A stretch of 52,801 bases of DNA, the filler included, from Sphacelaria rigidula (Eukaryota): NCBI GenBank assembly GCA_964200075.2. It is 3 parts of 3 records of this genome, joined end to end, with 100 filler letters (N's around TTAATTAATTAA, not from the genome) between each part and the next. Parts side by side here need not be neighbours in the genome. Positions count along the whole stretch, not along the records: positions 17,637 to 35,169 come from CAXNAA020001052.1; positions 35,270 to 52,801 come from CAXNAA020001053.1; 1 more part is not named here. One strand, written 5' to 3'. Under the pieces are notes generated by a model that was not told the DNA's origin, did no database searches, and saw only the letters and a list, made by a program, of their open reading frames with translations. Below are positions 24,801 through 36,369 of this stretch, one piece after another. Made by a program: the position numbers and the translations under genes. How positions within the stretch are numbered: the first letter of the stretch is position 1; each line of letters begins with the position of its first letter.

Positions 24801-27800
24801 TTACACCGCTTTTACCCAAATACAAGGGCACCGCGAGTGTTTTAGGTCGTTTGGCGCATTCATGAGCACATTTTCTCGTGGAATCGAACCCCCCCCCCCC
24901 TATCTATTAAACACCGTCAACATGATATTCGGGACAAAGAGAGAAGAGAGCACACCCGAGAGTAAAAACCGGGCNNNNNNNNNNGGTCCTTTTGCGCCTT
25001 CGAGCGCACATTTTCTCGTGGGATCGACCCCCCCCCCCCCCTATCGTAGAAACACTGTCAACGATGTTTTCGTGAGAAAGAGAGTAGAGGGTACGATTGA
25101 GAGTAAAAAGCGGTCAATTAGTGAGTTCATCGTTTCACTTGCCGAAATGCCCCTCCACGAGGCCCGGTATGCTTGCTGTAGTAGCTTGTCACTGAGGCCC
25201 TTGATATCCCCGGGTAGGGTATCGACGTGTAGCTGTCAGCACACGCCAGTGGAAGATGCAAAGAAACACACACACGGGACGAAAGTTGGCTGATGTCAAG
25301 CGAATGGTCAAAGCCACTCTCAATCAGCGCGCTAGTCTCAATCTCACGGAAACGTTGTTTATCTTTGGTTCATGAACGTGTTGAACGTCTAACTTCAAGC
25401 AATCGTTGAGACCTGCTCTTGATCATGTCGGTAACCAACAGCCGTACCCTCCTCGTGCTGCTGCTGCTGCTGCTGCTGCTGCCTTGTATGTGCGTGGAAA
25501 TGTCCTCCACAGTGGTCCTCGAATGCCAGCTACTTCGCCATGGGACTGACGCTGTATACCATGCACGTCATGTCGCGTCTGAGCTCGTGGAAGAGGTGAC
25601 CGCTATCCAGTACGCTCAAAGGGAAACATATTTTGTGCGCCAACCGTTCTGAACCTATTCTCCAGCTAGTGTGGACCATCTATTGAATTGGCACCCTTTC
25701 CACACGAGAGATTAGTGGAAGATTGGGACACATGATCCATTCTGGCGGTCAAGAGGTTATCTTTTCCACCACGAAGCAGTCCGTATGAGTCCACGTGTGC
25801 CTATGTACCACTTCGTGTCTCGAGCTTCGTCCACCACAGCCCTTGCAGGCAATAGTTCACACCTTGGACAATATATGATCAATAGTTGCAATAGACAATA
25901 AATATACTGCGTAAAGTATGAGCCTGTTGCAGCTATTGTCGGCCGACAGTAATTGCAATAGGCCCACATACTTTACGCAGTACATTTTTTGTCCATTGCA
26001 ACTATTGACCATATATTGTCCAAGGGGTGAAATGTTTCAAACGGCTCGCGGTGACAGTCACGGGCGTGAACGTGACACGCTATCATGATCCCCCCGCATA
26101 ACTCGGCAACCGCCATGCCTCCTAGGCCGAGGCTAGGTTTGCATGGACAGCCCCAACGTGGACACTAGATGACCCGAGCGAGCTGGGTTCCCTTTTCTCT
26201 GTGTGTTTAGGCTTTGCACCCAAACCGGACCACGAAATATCGCGAACAAATTACCCAGTTCTTGCCACAGCACAACCTCACATCCGTCACAACAGCACCC
26301 TTGGCGCCTGCTTTTTCACCGTGTCCACCTTTCACAGGTGGCGATACTGGAACCGCTGGTGGAACCCTGCTACCCGGGATACCACCCCCACGAGCCTCGT
26401 CAACATCTGCACGATCGACAACTACACCCGTCTGGTTCTCCGCAATCCCAAGAGCCATGAGCCCGCCAGGGGTGGATCATTTGTTTACATCAGCGCCCCC
26501 GGGGCGCTTGGCACCGACGAGGCTCACGCTATGACAGTGGCACTTCGGGGCGCTCCTCCGTCATTCAGCCCCGAAAAAAACCGCGCGTCCAGCCCTCAGG
26601 AGGATGTGTTCACGCTGTACGTCAAGGCCCTGGGGCCGTGGACGAAGGCGCTCAGATCGGTGGCTAAGGGTGCCGAGGCGAGTCGATTTCGAGATGTCAT
26701 GTAGAGGGGCGGGGTGATCATTTCCCACTTGACCCTTTGACCGCGAGTGTAGGTTCCCTACTGAATTGGCATCAATTTAAGTAGAAAAAAGTGTGTGATC
26801 CAGATGGACCGCCCGCATCGCAGTGTAAGGGTTAATCCTCCCCTCATACTTTAGCAGAGGAGTATACCCCCACCACTCTCGCGACGATGCGTGGGCGACG
26901 ATTTAAATCAGGTGTTGTATGCAACACGCAGGTGCCCATCCCCCCTCCCGCAACGCGGACTCCCCTGCCCACCCTTTTCTCACGCCCCGCTAAACTTGAG
27001 TGGTCTCTGCAGGGACTGGCCCGATTGGTTTTGAAAAACGTCGATCCTGAGGTGTTTCGAACTACGGTGCGGTTCCCGAAGCACGCGGTCTTCTCACGGA
27101 TTACACCGCATTTCTCGGAACAGTGGAACCGGATAGGCAAAACTGGTTGTGCCGAATACCTGGAAATTCTGAGTGACATCGCGATAGCACCCTCAAACCA
27201 GCCGCAAAACTGTCACGAAAAAAATGGCCATACTGCGCGTGATCGCTAGTTTCAGACTGCGTGGGGCGCCTCATCCGGACGATATTGACGAAAATAATCT
27301 CAAGTGGGAGTTCTCCAAGTGCTCGGTGTACTCGGCTTTATCAGTTTGACCTGCAAATAGATTTTGCCTCCCCAAACCAGTCCCTTTTGGGGGGGGGGGG
27401 GCGGCTAATGCGGCATCATTCTTCTGTTTCTATTCCCTCAGACAGTAGTTCATTTGGTAGTATACAATAGTCATGAAACATACGGGTGTTGTATCGAAAG
27501 TATAGGAAACGCTTCGAGGAAGTGAAAAGAGAAAACGAGGAGCAAAAAATATGCACAGTGACGTAAACCTTGCGCTGTCGTCGTGTATCTTCTCTGTAAC
27601 CACAGCACCCGTAACACGCATCCAGCAAATGATCAAGCAGGGGGCAGTTTCACACTTGACCCCGGGTAGTACATAACCTACTGTAGGCTAGCAACGTTGT
27701 TCAACATTTATATTACGCCTCAAGCCCACGTTCTCTACTTGCGAAATGTTGTAGACGCTCCAGGAAGTAGCGCGGGGTCGAGTCATCGATGACTGCTCGT

Positions 27801-30800
27801 CGGCCTGCAGTGAGGGTTTTTGCGTGAAGCCCGACATCAGCGACAGCAATCCTAAGCTTCGTGTCATCACCTCGGAACGGACTCACTGTCGAACAATATA
27901 TAGCTCAACACCCCTCGTCCTTCGACACCGTTGAACGAACTGCTCAGGCCGCGTGCGATCCCTCGTCAATGCTGGTGGATGTGGATGGATTTTACACCCA
28001 CGTGACGTCGTTTAACACCATGCTCCACGAAGGCGCCGGTCGTATCGTCGTGGTGGCTGGTGGATCTGGCGTGACGTCCTTGATGGGCTTTATTCAGGTG
28101 AGCTGATGCCTGTACCGGCGAGCCACGTTGTCCGGGGAGCATGTCTTGGGATGAGTCATATGCTATTCGGGTTGGGGCATTCGGTCCTTGTGTCGACACA
28201 GTTTCAGACGTGCTTTTGACTACAGCGGAAGACACCCGGCGGTGGCGAAAACCACTCAATGCGCTTGGTGTAATGTGTGGGAGGACCGAGTGCCTTTTGG
28301 ACCGCATTGTACTTCAAAATACCCTCAGGATCGACGTTTTTCAAGACCGGTCGGACCAGTCCCTGCAGAGACCGCGCGCCTGAGTCTAACCCCAGCACTA
28401 ACCCTAACCCGAACCCTGACCATTGCGGTGCTTGAACTCCGATGCGGCTCAAAAGGCACGTGGTCCTCCCACGCATTACACCGGAATCGTAGGTAAATGT
28501 ACGACACAGCGCAGCTGTTGATAATTCGATGGTGGTTGGAGTCAGTCGAACTTCATGGGCGCCCCCACGAACAACATTGGGAGTATAGACCGTACAGTAC
28601 AAAGCAGTATATAGTCGGAACCATGTCTACTTACTGTATAGTATAGTTGAGTCTTTGTCTATTTTACTCTAGTTTTGGTGTTTTGATATGCGGCACATAA
28701 TTTTTGTGGTCTCCTCGTCCATTTTTTTTTCAAATTATTTGGCGTTTCCAACGGTCGCACAGGCGTTACCGAGATTTACCTCGATAGTTTTTTTTTTTTT
28801 TTCCATCGTTTTATTGTTTTTAAGTTCTTTGCTCTGTACTTTCCTCTTCTTCTTTTCCTTCTTTTTTGTTTCAGGTCGGCCATTTCTTTCTGTGCTTTCC
28901 TTGTGTTGACTTTGTTTATTACTTTTCTTCTGTTCCTACTTAGTCTGCTATGTCGTTCTGTTCGACTTATATATTTTTTTAATTTCTATGTTCCTTCTTT
29001 TCTTCAGAGCGTGTTTCAGCTTCGTTTTTTTCGGGCACGTCTATCATGAGACCACGGCTGGATCATGACCCCTGGGGGGTCAGTTAAAGTGCGACAATCA
29101 ATCAATCAAATTGAAATCGTCAATCGTGATGACTTGCATCATACGATACAATTTCTAGGGTCGGATTGTATTACGGGGCCGTCAACTACACCCGAGGTGT
29201 TCTCGAATGACGAAGTATGCCTCACGGCACAACAGCTGCGCCGTGCCGTGAAACTCTCCGATGTCTGACCCTGCATCCCTACAGTATGTTGAGAAGGATT
29301 CTCGGACGCTTCTCAGAGTGGTCGCGAAGGCTGAAGCTGGTGGCAGTTGAGCCAAGCGAGCAGACACGCTGCGCTAGGAGTATAGCCAGAACGTGGTGTT
29401 CAAGGTGCCATTTGCGTGCGAGTGCGAAACGGTACAGGATAACCCACCGTGCAGAACTGACTCAGTAAAGAAGAGTAGCACTGGGAGGTGGCTCGTTACT
29501 ATATCCCACTGTAGACCGGGATATCGGAGGCAGTACCGGCGATGTACAAGCCTATATCCAAGACACTGTTCTACTTGTTCCGTGATAACACACGGAACAC
29601 CACGTTACGAAGCGTTGGTTAAATGAGCTCCTGAGTCCCGTCTCTAACCACCCTGGCATCCGGAGCGGTTGGTTGCTTCAGTCGAAGCACAACGTGCCCA
29701 TCTCGCATTTGCAGGCCATCTTATTTTCTGAACAGCCAACTCGTCAGCACCGGCTGTGCACCTGTTGACGATTCAGGAGCGCACGGGTCCACACCCAGCG
29801 TACATCAAGTACAAATATATACCCGGTTTCGTGTCACACTGCATCGCATCCGATGTGGTAGTACTAATGAAGTAAACACATGCAAATCCCATGTGAGAGA
29901 GCAGAGATGTACATCCCCAATGCCCCGTGCCCACCCCCCTCTCAATCCAGGATTGGTGCGTGGCGGCGTCCACTGGTGTCTCCGTGCCTGAAGTTCACCT
30001 GGTGTGGAGCTGCCGCTCCATGAAAGAGATGGAACTCGTCGGCGAGTCTCTTCCGTCACTGCTGGCTTCGGCGGGGAGAAAAAAGGACTCCCACTTCACC
30101 ATGTCGCTGTACTGCACCGGAAAGGCATGTGCCCCGTGTACCGGTCGGCTTTATGACCATCGCGATATGCTCAACTGATACACAGCAGCACAACATTTGC
30201 CCGCCATTCGATTGGCTAATGTGTTGGCGCCAGTATGCGTCCATGCGCGCCATGTCTGACGTGCGCCCTGCTTTGTCTCTTCGCCGCATTTGCTGTATTG
30301 TTGTGTTTCGGCAACACGCGTGTGAGCAGGGCGAAAGCGGCCCGCTGACCGTCACTTGGCCCTTGGACAACACCCACTATTCTGGCAGCTCGCAGGAGCA
30401 TGTCCTGGGAAAGACACCCGTTGCGTCCAGCCTGAATCACAGCGTTCGCGTTGTTATTGCAAGTAAGCGTCAGTTGGTGATGCATAGTGCAGTGCAGTGC
30501 GTGGACAGACCGCAAATGATTAATAGTTGTTGAAGAACATCATGTCGGGATTGAAACATCCGCTGCGCAGGGTGACATTAGGGTAACACTGAGTCGGGGG
30601 GAGTATGTTTTTTCTGGTATAAGCTTCACTTGCCTTGTCAAACTCTTTTCTGCGGCCGATAGTTCAGTACTGTTGTCGCAAGTGTAATATGAAGGCGAGG
30701 CGGTTGGTGTTGATGGTGCTCCTTGTCTTGTCTTCCACACCGGTGACCATGTTTGTTCCATCTCAATTTTCCCATTCATGTCGACGTTATTTTTTTGGAA

Positions 30801-32575
30801 CACACATCGATCAGGCGCGGCCGGATTCGGGGGGTATGTTCTCGGGCAGTACGAGCTCGATCGCCGCCAGGCGCAAGGTTTCCACGCCGGAGGCGTTTTG
30901 CTCACCCTCATCGTGGTGTGCATCATCAGCGCGCTTCTAGTGTACGACTGGGTGACCGGCTTGATCCAGATGTGCCTGCCCAAGCGCGCCACGTATTCGG
31001 TGCGTGCTTAATGCTGGAACAACGAATAGACGTGCATCGACCGCAGAAAGCACATGCAGCTGCAGTGTTGTAGACACTACAATTTATTGTGACATTCCAC
31101 CTCCAAAATCCGAATATTTTCCACGAATGTTTGTGAGTCTGTCGAGATACTGGTCGCGAGGGCTCGCGCGCAGGGTATTCATAATTTTGTTCCATATCCG
31201 ACGAATACTGCCTCCGTGCGGAGGCCCGGTCACAAGAATTCAAGTGTCACGGCCGTCGGCATTTCTTTAGGCAAGTTACTTGCTCCACCCACGTTGCGGA
31301 GGACGCTAATTCCCATCTGAAAGATTCGATGGATGCTCCAGAATACATGCTGAGACCAGCGATTGCGACCTCCGTGCTGTCACTGGTGCGCTGAAACCAA
31401 GCATCATGCGCTGTATGACCATTTTCTTCGTGACAGTTTTGAACTGGTTGTTGTTGTTGTTGGGGGGGGGGGCGTACTCATTCGTTGCTTGCCTCAGTCA
31501 TTTGACCATTGACCACGCATCCCTTTCGAGACGGAGCATTGGGGGGGGGGGGTATAGTAGAAGTAGTCTTGAATGAGCCATACAATCAGCGCGGTACTAT
31601 AACACGGCAATCATATGCGTCTTGTGCGATTGCAGGGGATGGGCGGCACTTCACATGTGGATGAATCCAAGACGGACACAGAGTCTGCCTGGGCCAGCAA
31701 CAATAGCGCCACCTACCAGGCGAGGGTGATGCGTGCTTCACCACTAGGCACCAGTCTGAGCCTGACATATGACACACAACTGTTGAATATCGCAGGCAAC
31801 GAGATGAGCCCTACATGTGGCACAACGTGGTTGATTTCATGTATGCTGACTATGATCGAGATGATACTTGATGTAGACATGAGTGATGCCACGTACGGGG
31901 GGAGGGAGGTATTTTGGACAAATATTGCCACGAAAGTCCACCTCAGATCGTCGCTGGGAGCAGCAACATTTGTGCGAACGCGCTTGTTACTAGTGAGATA
32001 CTCATTCGTACCACTTGACACGATTTTCATCCGATTACCAACGCACCGCGAGTAGTTAGGTAGTCTGATATTACTGTGAGGCCCCCTGGTTTTCGTGAAC
32101 CCCCGCCCCCCAGCGCGCACCCGTCGTAGCATTACTCGTATTTAGGTTCCAACGTATCGAGCTTTTTACTCTACAATTTGTCCTTGAAACTGACCCCATT
32201 GATTGAGTCGTGTTTTGACCTATGTCGACATCAAAATGAACCACCGTGGTTGCATCTTGACTTGATGTGCCGATCACTTTTCTTCATATATATGTATCGA
32301 AAGTGATCCTACGATAGCACCACACCAATGAGCAAACTGTGCAAAGTTGAGAGAAACCCGCATATATATTCCTACCGTGACTCCAGGTATCCCGAGGCCG
32401 TGTGCCCGCCAACGAGCTCTTCAGCCAGGAGGCAGTGCTCGCCCACAAAAAGGGTCTCTCTGTTGTGAAGGTCCTCACCAGCGGACCTCATGCGCTTGTG
32501 GACTCCGTCCTCACCCAGTCCCGCGCGGTTGACTGGAAGCTGTTTGACACTGAAGAGTTTTCATTCGAATTTTAA
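18819..32575 (+). CDS. Ferric reductase / ferric-chelate reductase (FRO/FRE-type flavocytochrome b), 5'-partial, ~583 aa visible
   Basis: Exons: 18819-19065, 22522-22689, 25513-25595, 26338-26677, 27948-28097, 29951-30124, 30330-30462, 30815-30999, 31636-31719, 32387-32575 (TAA). All are phase-consistent. Bis-heme His pairs YHVIAGHLAFTAVFTH and SHWLFIGVFLFGALH; PVSRDSKLWSAVGIPFERAV; FAD region GSFVYI..HAMT..TLYVKALGPWTKAL..VDVDGFY; NADPH region VVVAGGSGVT, VHLVWSCR, GRVP, VLTSGPHALV, C-terminus EEFSFEF*. Confidence 0.9.
19690..19755 (-). mobile_element. Second tRNA-like SINE head fragment
   Basis: Minus-strand B-box GGTTCGAACCC at ~19712-19702. The related head word ctca.cagtcaac.gg.atctcaaca recurs on + at 19496 and 19790. 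Confidence 0.45.
19815..20310 (-). repeat. Dispersed repeat module C, copy 2
   Basis: Reverse-complement homology to 5170-5740. Confidence 0.75.
21301..21793. mobile_element. MITE-like composite: polyG-TIR ... module B ... TIR-polyC
   Basis: G9-cgtactcatttgttgcttgccttagtcatttgaccattg (21301-21348) is the inverted complement of caatagccaaacgactaaggcaagcaacaaatgagtacg-C8 (21746-21793). The internal module B also occurs at 23760-23967, 24685-24900 and 31897-32110. Confidence 0.7.
23755..25110. repeat. Cluster of polyG/C-linked repeat modules (B, shared terminus, C end)
   Basis: Module B at 23760-23967 and 24685-24900. Terminus at 23996-24053 (+), 24139-24185 (-) and 24599-24656 (-). CCCCC-TATCGTAG junctions at ~23961, ~24046 and ~25030. 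Confidence 0.75.
25856..26031. repeat. ~176-bp spacer-less imperfect palindrome (fold-back element or miRNA-like hairpin)
   Basis: Left arm ttcacaccttggacaatatatgatcaatagttgcaat...tactgcgtaaagtatg pairs with right arm catactttacgcagta...attgcaactattgaccatatattgtccaaggggtgaa around the centre gtcggccgac. Confidence 0.9.
27005..27110 (+). repeat. Half copy of the telomere-motif MITE (family D)
   Basis: ctgcagggactgg..gattggtt.tgaaaaacgtcgatcctgagg...ggtc.tctcacg.attacacc matches the 28267-28482 and 33528-33731 copies. Confidence 0.75.
28267..28482 (-). mobile_element. ~215-bp MITE (family D) with ~55-bp TIRs and central telomere-like (CCCTAA) units
   Basis: ggtgtaatgtgtgggaggaccgagtgccttttggaccgcatt...gatgcggctcaaaaggcacgtggtcctcccacgcattacacc form the TIRs. 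ctaaccccagcactaaccctaacccgaaccctgacc lies at 28386-28421. Confidence 0.75.
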
Positions 32576-33527
32576 CGTGATGTTCAGTCATGGCAGGAGG
32601 GGCGTTCTGCTTATCCATGGAACTGATGTTATGGTGGATTATCCTTACGGGAAATAATGAGCTGTTATTTGTTCCGAGAGCGGGTGTCCTGGCTTGCTTA
32701 GAGCAGCAGTAGTCACCAGCGATGTTTCCTCCGACATGCGGGCGATGGAGGTTGATGATATCGTTGAGGGGAGACAACTGCTTCTACAGCATCGATTGTA
32801 TTGGGCGAAGATTGAAGACACCATTACGTTGAGTCGACACGGATGGTGGTGCTGAGGGCGAGGGGCATGATACCGGTGGGTATGGTGTGGTGCCGCTGCC
32901 TTGACATGGCAGGCGGGAAAGCGCACGCCGATGTTACTTGTGAGCAACAAGTGTCTCAGAGCTGTCTTTGATGCCGGTTGATGATGACCCTGGGATGTGT
33001 ATTTCTCTGGTTTGTCGGCGCGGGAGGGTGTCACTCTGTCAAACGGATGGTGACCCAACAGAGGGGGATTGGTAAGTCATGTGTCAGTTGCAGTATTTAA
33101 GCTATTCAATATACCCGATGCCATCATTCTGCGCTTCATGGAGGGAAGGCACTCACTCAGTGTGAAGTGAGTCCATACACGATGCGCAGAGCAGCTATAT
33201 GTAATTAGTCATTTTGCACCTACATGGCATGGAGTCGGTCCATATGCGATGGACAAAGCAGATATATGTAATTAGTCATTTTACGATCCGTAAGAACGTT
33301 GTTGTCTCAATGATATGTGGAGATTGAATGTCTTTACAGTAGCTAACCGAAGAACATCATGTACTGATATATGCTACGGTCGATTTACGTGTATACTCCG
33401 GTATCTTCATAGTGACCGCTGTTCGCGTTGCGTTTGCTTTCGCTTTTGTGCCGTGACGCAAATCTGCCTCTAAGAGTGAGATCATGCGCAACACGAGTAC
33501 AGTACCCCCCTGGAGGAGGGCAGTACT

Positions 33528-33731
33528 TGTCATGGGGGAGAGGACCGTGTGCTTAGGGGACCGCATCAGAGTTTAACACCGCTATGTATAGGGTCAGGGT
33601 TAGTGCTCGGGTTAAGATCAGGGGCGTGGTTCCTGCAGGGACTGAAGTGATTGGTTGTTCAAAACGTCGATCCTGAGGTGTTTTGAAATGCGATGCGGTC
33701 TCCTGAGCACGCGATCCTCTCACGCATGACT
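33528..33731 (+). mobile_element. MITE family D, second full copy
   Basis: TIRs tgtcatgggggagaggaccgtgtgcttaggggaccgcatc / gatgcggtctcctgagcacgcgatcctctcacgcatgac. Centre agggtcagggttagtgctcgggttaag. Confidence 0.7.
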
Positions 33732-35169
33732 AACGCGAGAAAAAAGGCGCGGAAGGCCAGGACCGGCAGTTAACGGTATCTCAAAGCACGCGGGCTCGGT
33801 ACGCTGCTTTTGAAATCCCGTGCAGCATGAGGGTGGGTAAAATGTTTCCGTATGTTGAGTGCAGTTCTATTTTAGTGTTCAGCGCGTCCTTTCTGTAGCT
33901 TATCTGTTGTGTAAAGGAGAGACCGCGTTGCCGAGATGGAAGTAAGAGTTCCTTTGTATCGTGAGCACGGGAGAGTATGAGCCGCACATGGCACATAATT
34001 CTCCCATTTATGTATGCTGTGCTATGTGATTATCGATAGAGCTTTAATAGTCGTGGATCTGGTTTAATTTGGCGGGAGGATCGCTACTAATACATCGTAC
34101 CTGCTGTGTGGTACGTACGGCATGGTAGCCAACCGTGGTGAAATAAACATGCAAAATCGTGAAGTTTGGTCGGTGGAGTTTTGTTTTTTGCATACCGTGT
34201 CGTTGTTCATCGATATAACTCTAGCGTGAATTTGTGGATTTGGTTTGCTTTGGCCGGCGGATTATGTCAGTACCCCGTGGCTTTTGCGTGGTATACGCTG
34301 GACAATTTCCATGATAGAACCCCCCCCAAAACCAGCTAAAGGTGTCACGAAATGAATGGCCATACAGCGCCTGATGTTCGGGTTTAGGCTGCATGAAGCG
34401 CCTCATATTGGCAACATTGGCTGGAACTAACCCAAGCGTGGGGATTCCCAGCTTGTCATTGTGCTCAGCTTTTCCCTTTTCAAGTTATGTGAAGATTTTG
34501 CCTCCCAAAACCATGCACGTTTTGGGGGGGGGCTATCGTAGAAAGTGTCGCTGCACGGTTCCCAGCCGCGGTGGAATAATGGTGGAAGCACGGAATATGC
34601 TCGGCGAAGCTTGTCCTCCCTTTTCGTGAAGCATCGCTTCTGTTTAAGATGGCCCACGCGCAGTTCGTGGTGGCGCACGATAACAGTCGCCCGCATTTCG
34701 ATCAGTGTGCAATGTGTACGAAAGCAAGCCCGTCCACAGTTGTCTACTATACACTACCCGTTGCGCTGGTACATCGATCAGAGCGATTCTGTGTAAGGCC
34801 ATTTGTCATGCCTCCTACAATAATACCAATCTGTACCCACAGAGAGGAAGTTAAGTAGCCCGCAGGTACCTGATGAACCACACGAGATTCTGGGAAATTC
34901 TGACTAATGGATGTTCCTTCGTTCACGGTTGACGTATTAATACAGTGTATCGTCGTGACGACCTGCAAGCGTTATCCACCTGTGCCGCGCTGAGGGCGTT
35001 TCATTTTCACTATTCTTGTGCTGTTGTACGAAAGACGAGGTTAGCTCATGTTCTGTTCCGTCACACTTTCAACTCCCCCCCCCCCCCCCCCCCCCACCCC
35101 CCCCCCCCCCCCCCGCCCCCCGCCGCGGGCCCCCCCTCCGCACACCGCCCACCGAGACGCCACACCCGC

Positions 35170-35269
35170 NNNNNNNNNNNNNNNNNNNNNNNNNNNNNNN
35201 NNNNNNNNNNNNNTTAATTAATTAANNNNNNNNNNNNNNNNNNNNNNNNNNNNNNNNNNNNNNNNNNNN
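35170..35269. other. Artificial contig linker (N44-TTAATTAATTAA-N44)
   Basis: Same 100-bp spacer as at 17537. Confidence 0.97.
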
Positions 35270-35771
35270 GGGCAAATATCGCGAGTAACATGTTTTTTTT
35301 GCCGTTTTGTTTCTTTGAGTCTCGGGTGCCAGCCCCCCCCCCCCCCCGAGTGATGTGCGTGAACGATTCGGAGCGAAAAAGCGGTCAAAATGGCGTGTTT
35401 CGCTGTTTTCGCGTTTCTGGCCATTTCTCGTACCTTTCGCAGGCAAAGAAACTAGAAGGTATACCTTTTCTAGGCCATAGCCCTAATGTTGTCAGGACTA
35501 TGAACAGGCGGCTCCGGTCAGTTGAGTTTCAAGTGGCCGCTAACGCGGACACTTATCCGATATTTTTCCAGTTGACCGGCGCAAAACATCGACGGCGAGC
35601 GGTGAAGCTGCGAGCTTCAACAGCCTCCCCCGTCTGGTTAAGAGGCCCCGCGGGAGTTCCGTCAGAGGCAAGAGAAAATGCTATATTAGGCTTTTCATCC
35701 CTTTGACAATCGTGGATGTTTGTCAAAATGTGAGCCCTCACATGAAGGAGCCAAGAGGCTAAGATGGCGTA

Positions 35772-36369
35772 CTCCCTCTGTCCCATAAGTAGACTACGTT
35801 ATGGGCGGCAGATCGTATCTCGCCGATGCATGTGCCCGTTATGCTATACTTAGGTTCGCTGGAAAGCTCTGGTCATGGCGATGACCACAGAAGAAAACAA
35901 CATCAAATTCCGACTCGTACTTACTGAGAATTTTTGCGTCGAAAATGACCAAATTTTGACCAATTTCGACTAGTTTGAAGCACTTTCGGCGTAGATTCGA
36001 CGAAATTGGCCTGTTTTGTAGTAAACGAAGGCTGCTGCGTGCCCGAGGGGTTTTGGACGATACGTAGGTGTCACACACAAACGACGAATCGGAGAAAAAT
36101 AATCAGTTTCCGTTTTGTTCAAAATTTTGGCCATTTTCCCGCGATTCCGTCGTTCTTCTCAGCTTTCGGGAAAAGGGGCGGAATAGGGCGTTTTTTCGGC
36201 CGACTGGTGTTTTTTGGACCGTTCGTCCATGCCAAGTAGTGCGCACAAGAACCAAAATGGGATTCAACTAAAAAAACACTAAGATTCCAAAACAATTATC
36301 ATCTACGGCAAAGGACATGGTTAAGAGTCCGTGTAATCATAACGTAGTTTACTTATGGGACAGAGGAAG
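35772..36369. mobile_element. Stowaway-like (Tc1/mariner) MITE, ~600 bp
   Basis: TA|ctccctctgtcccataagtagactacgttatg at 35770-35803, with its inverted copy cataacgtagtttacttatgggacagaggaag at 36338-36369. CTCCCTCYGTCCC is the Stowaway-type TIR. The interior is non-coding. Confidence 0.8.

Noticed and set aside
24860..25110. Tandem duplication around the 10-N gap (similar case at 21438-21447)
   Set aside because: Probably scaffolding overlap or mis-assembly at G/C homopolymers; it cannot be trusted as biology.
31000..31011. Ferric reductase ending at the TAA at 31009-31011
   Set aside because: A GTGCGT donor at 31000 leads in frame to exons that encode the expected GRxP/SGP/EEFSF C-terminus.
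261..32575. Iron-related gene cluster (Fe/2OG JmjC enzyme next to a ferric reductase)
   Set aside because: The two genes are on different contigs joined by an artificial linker.
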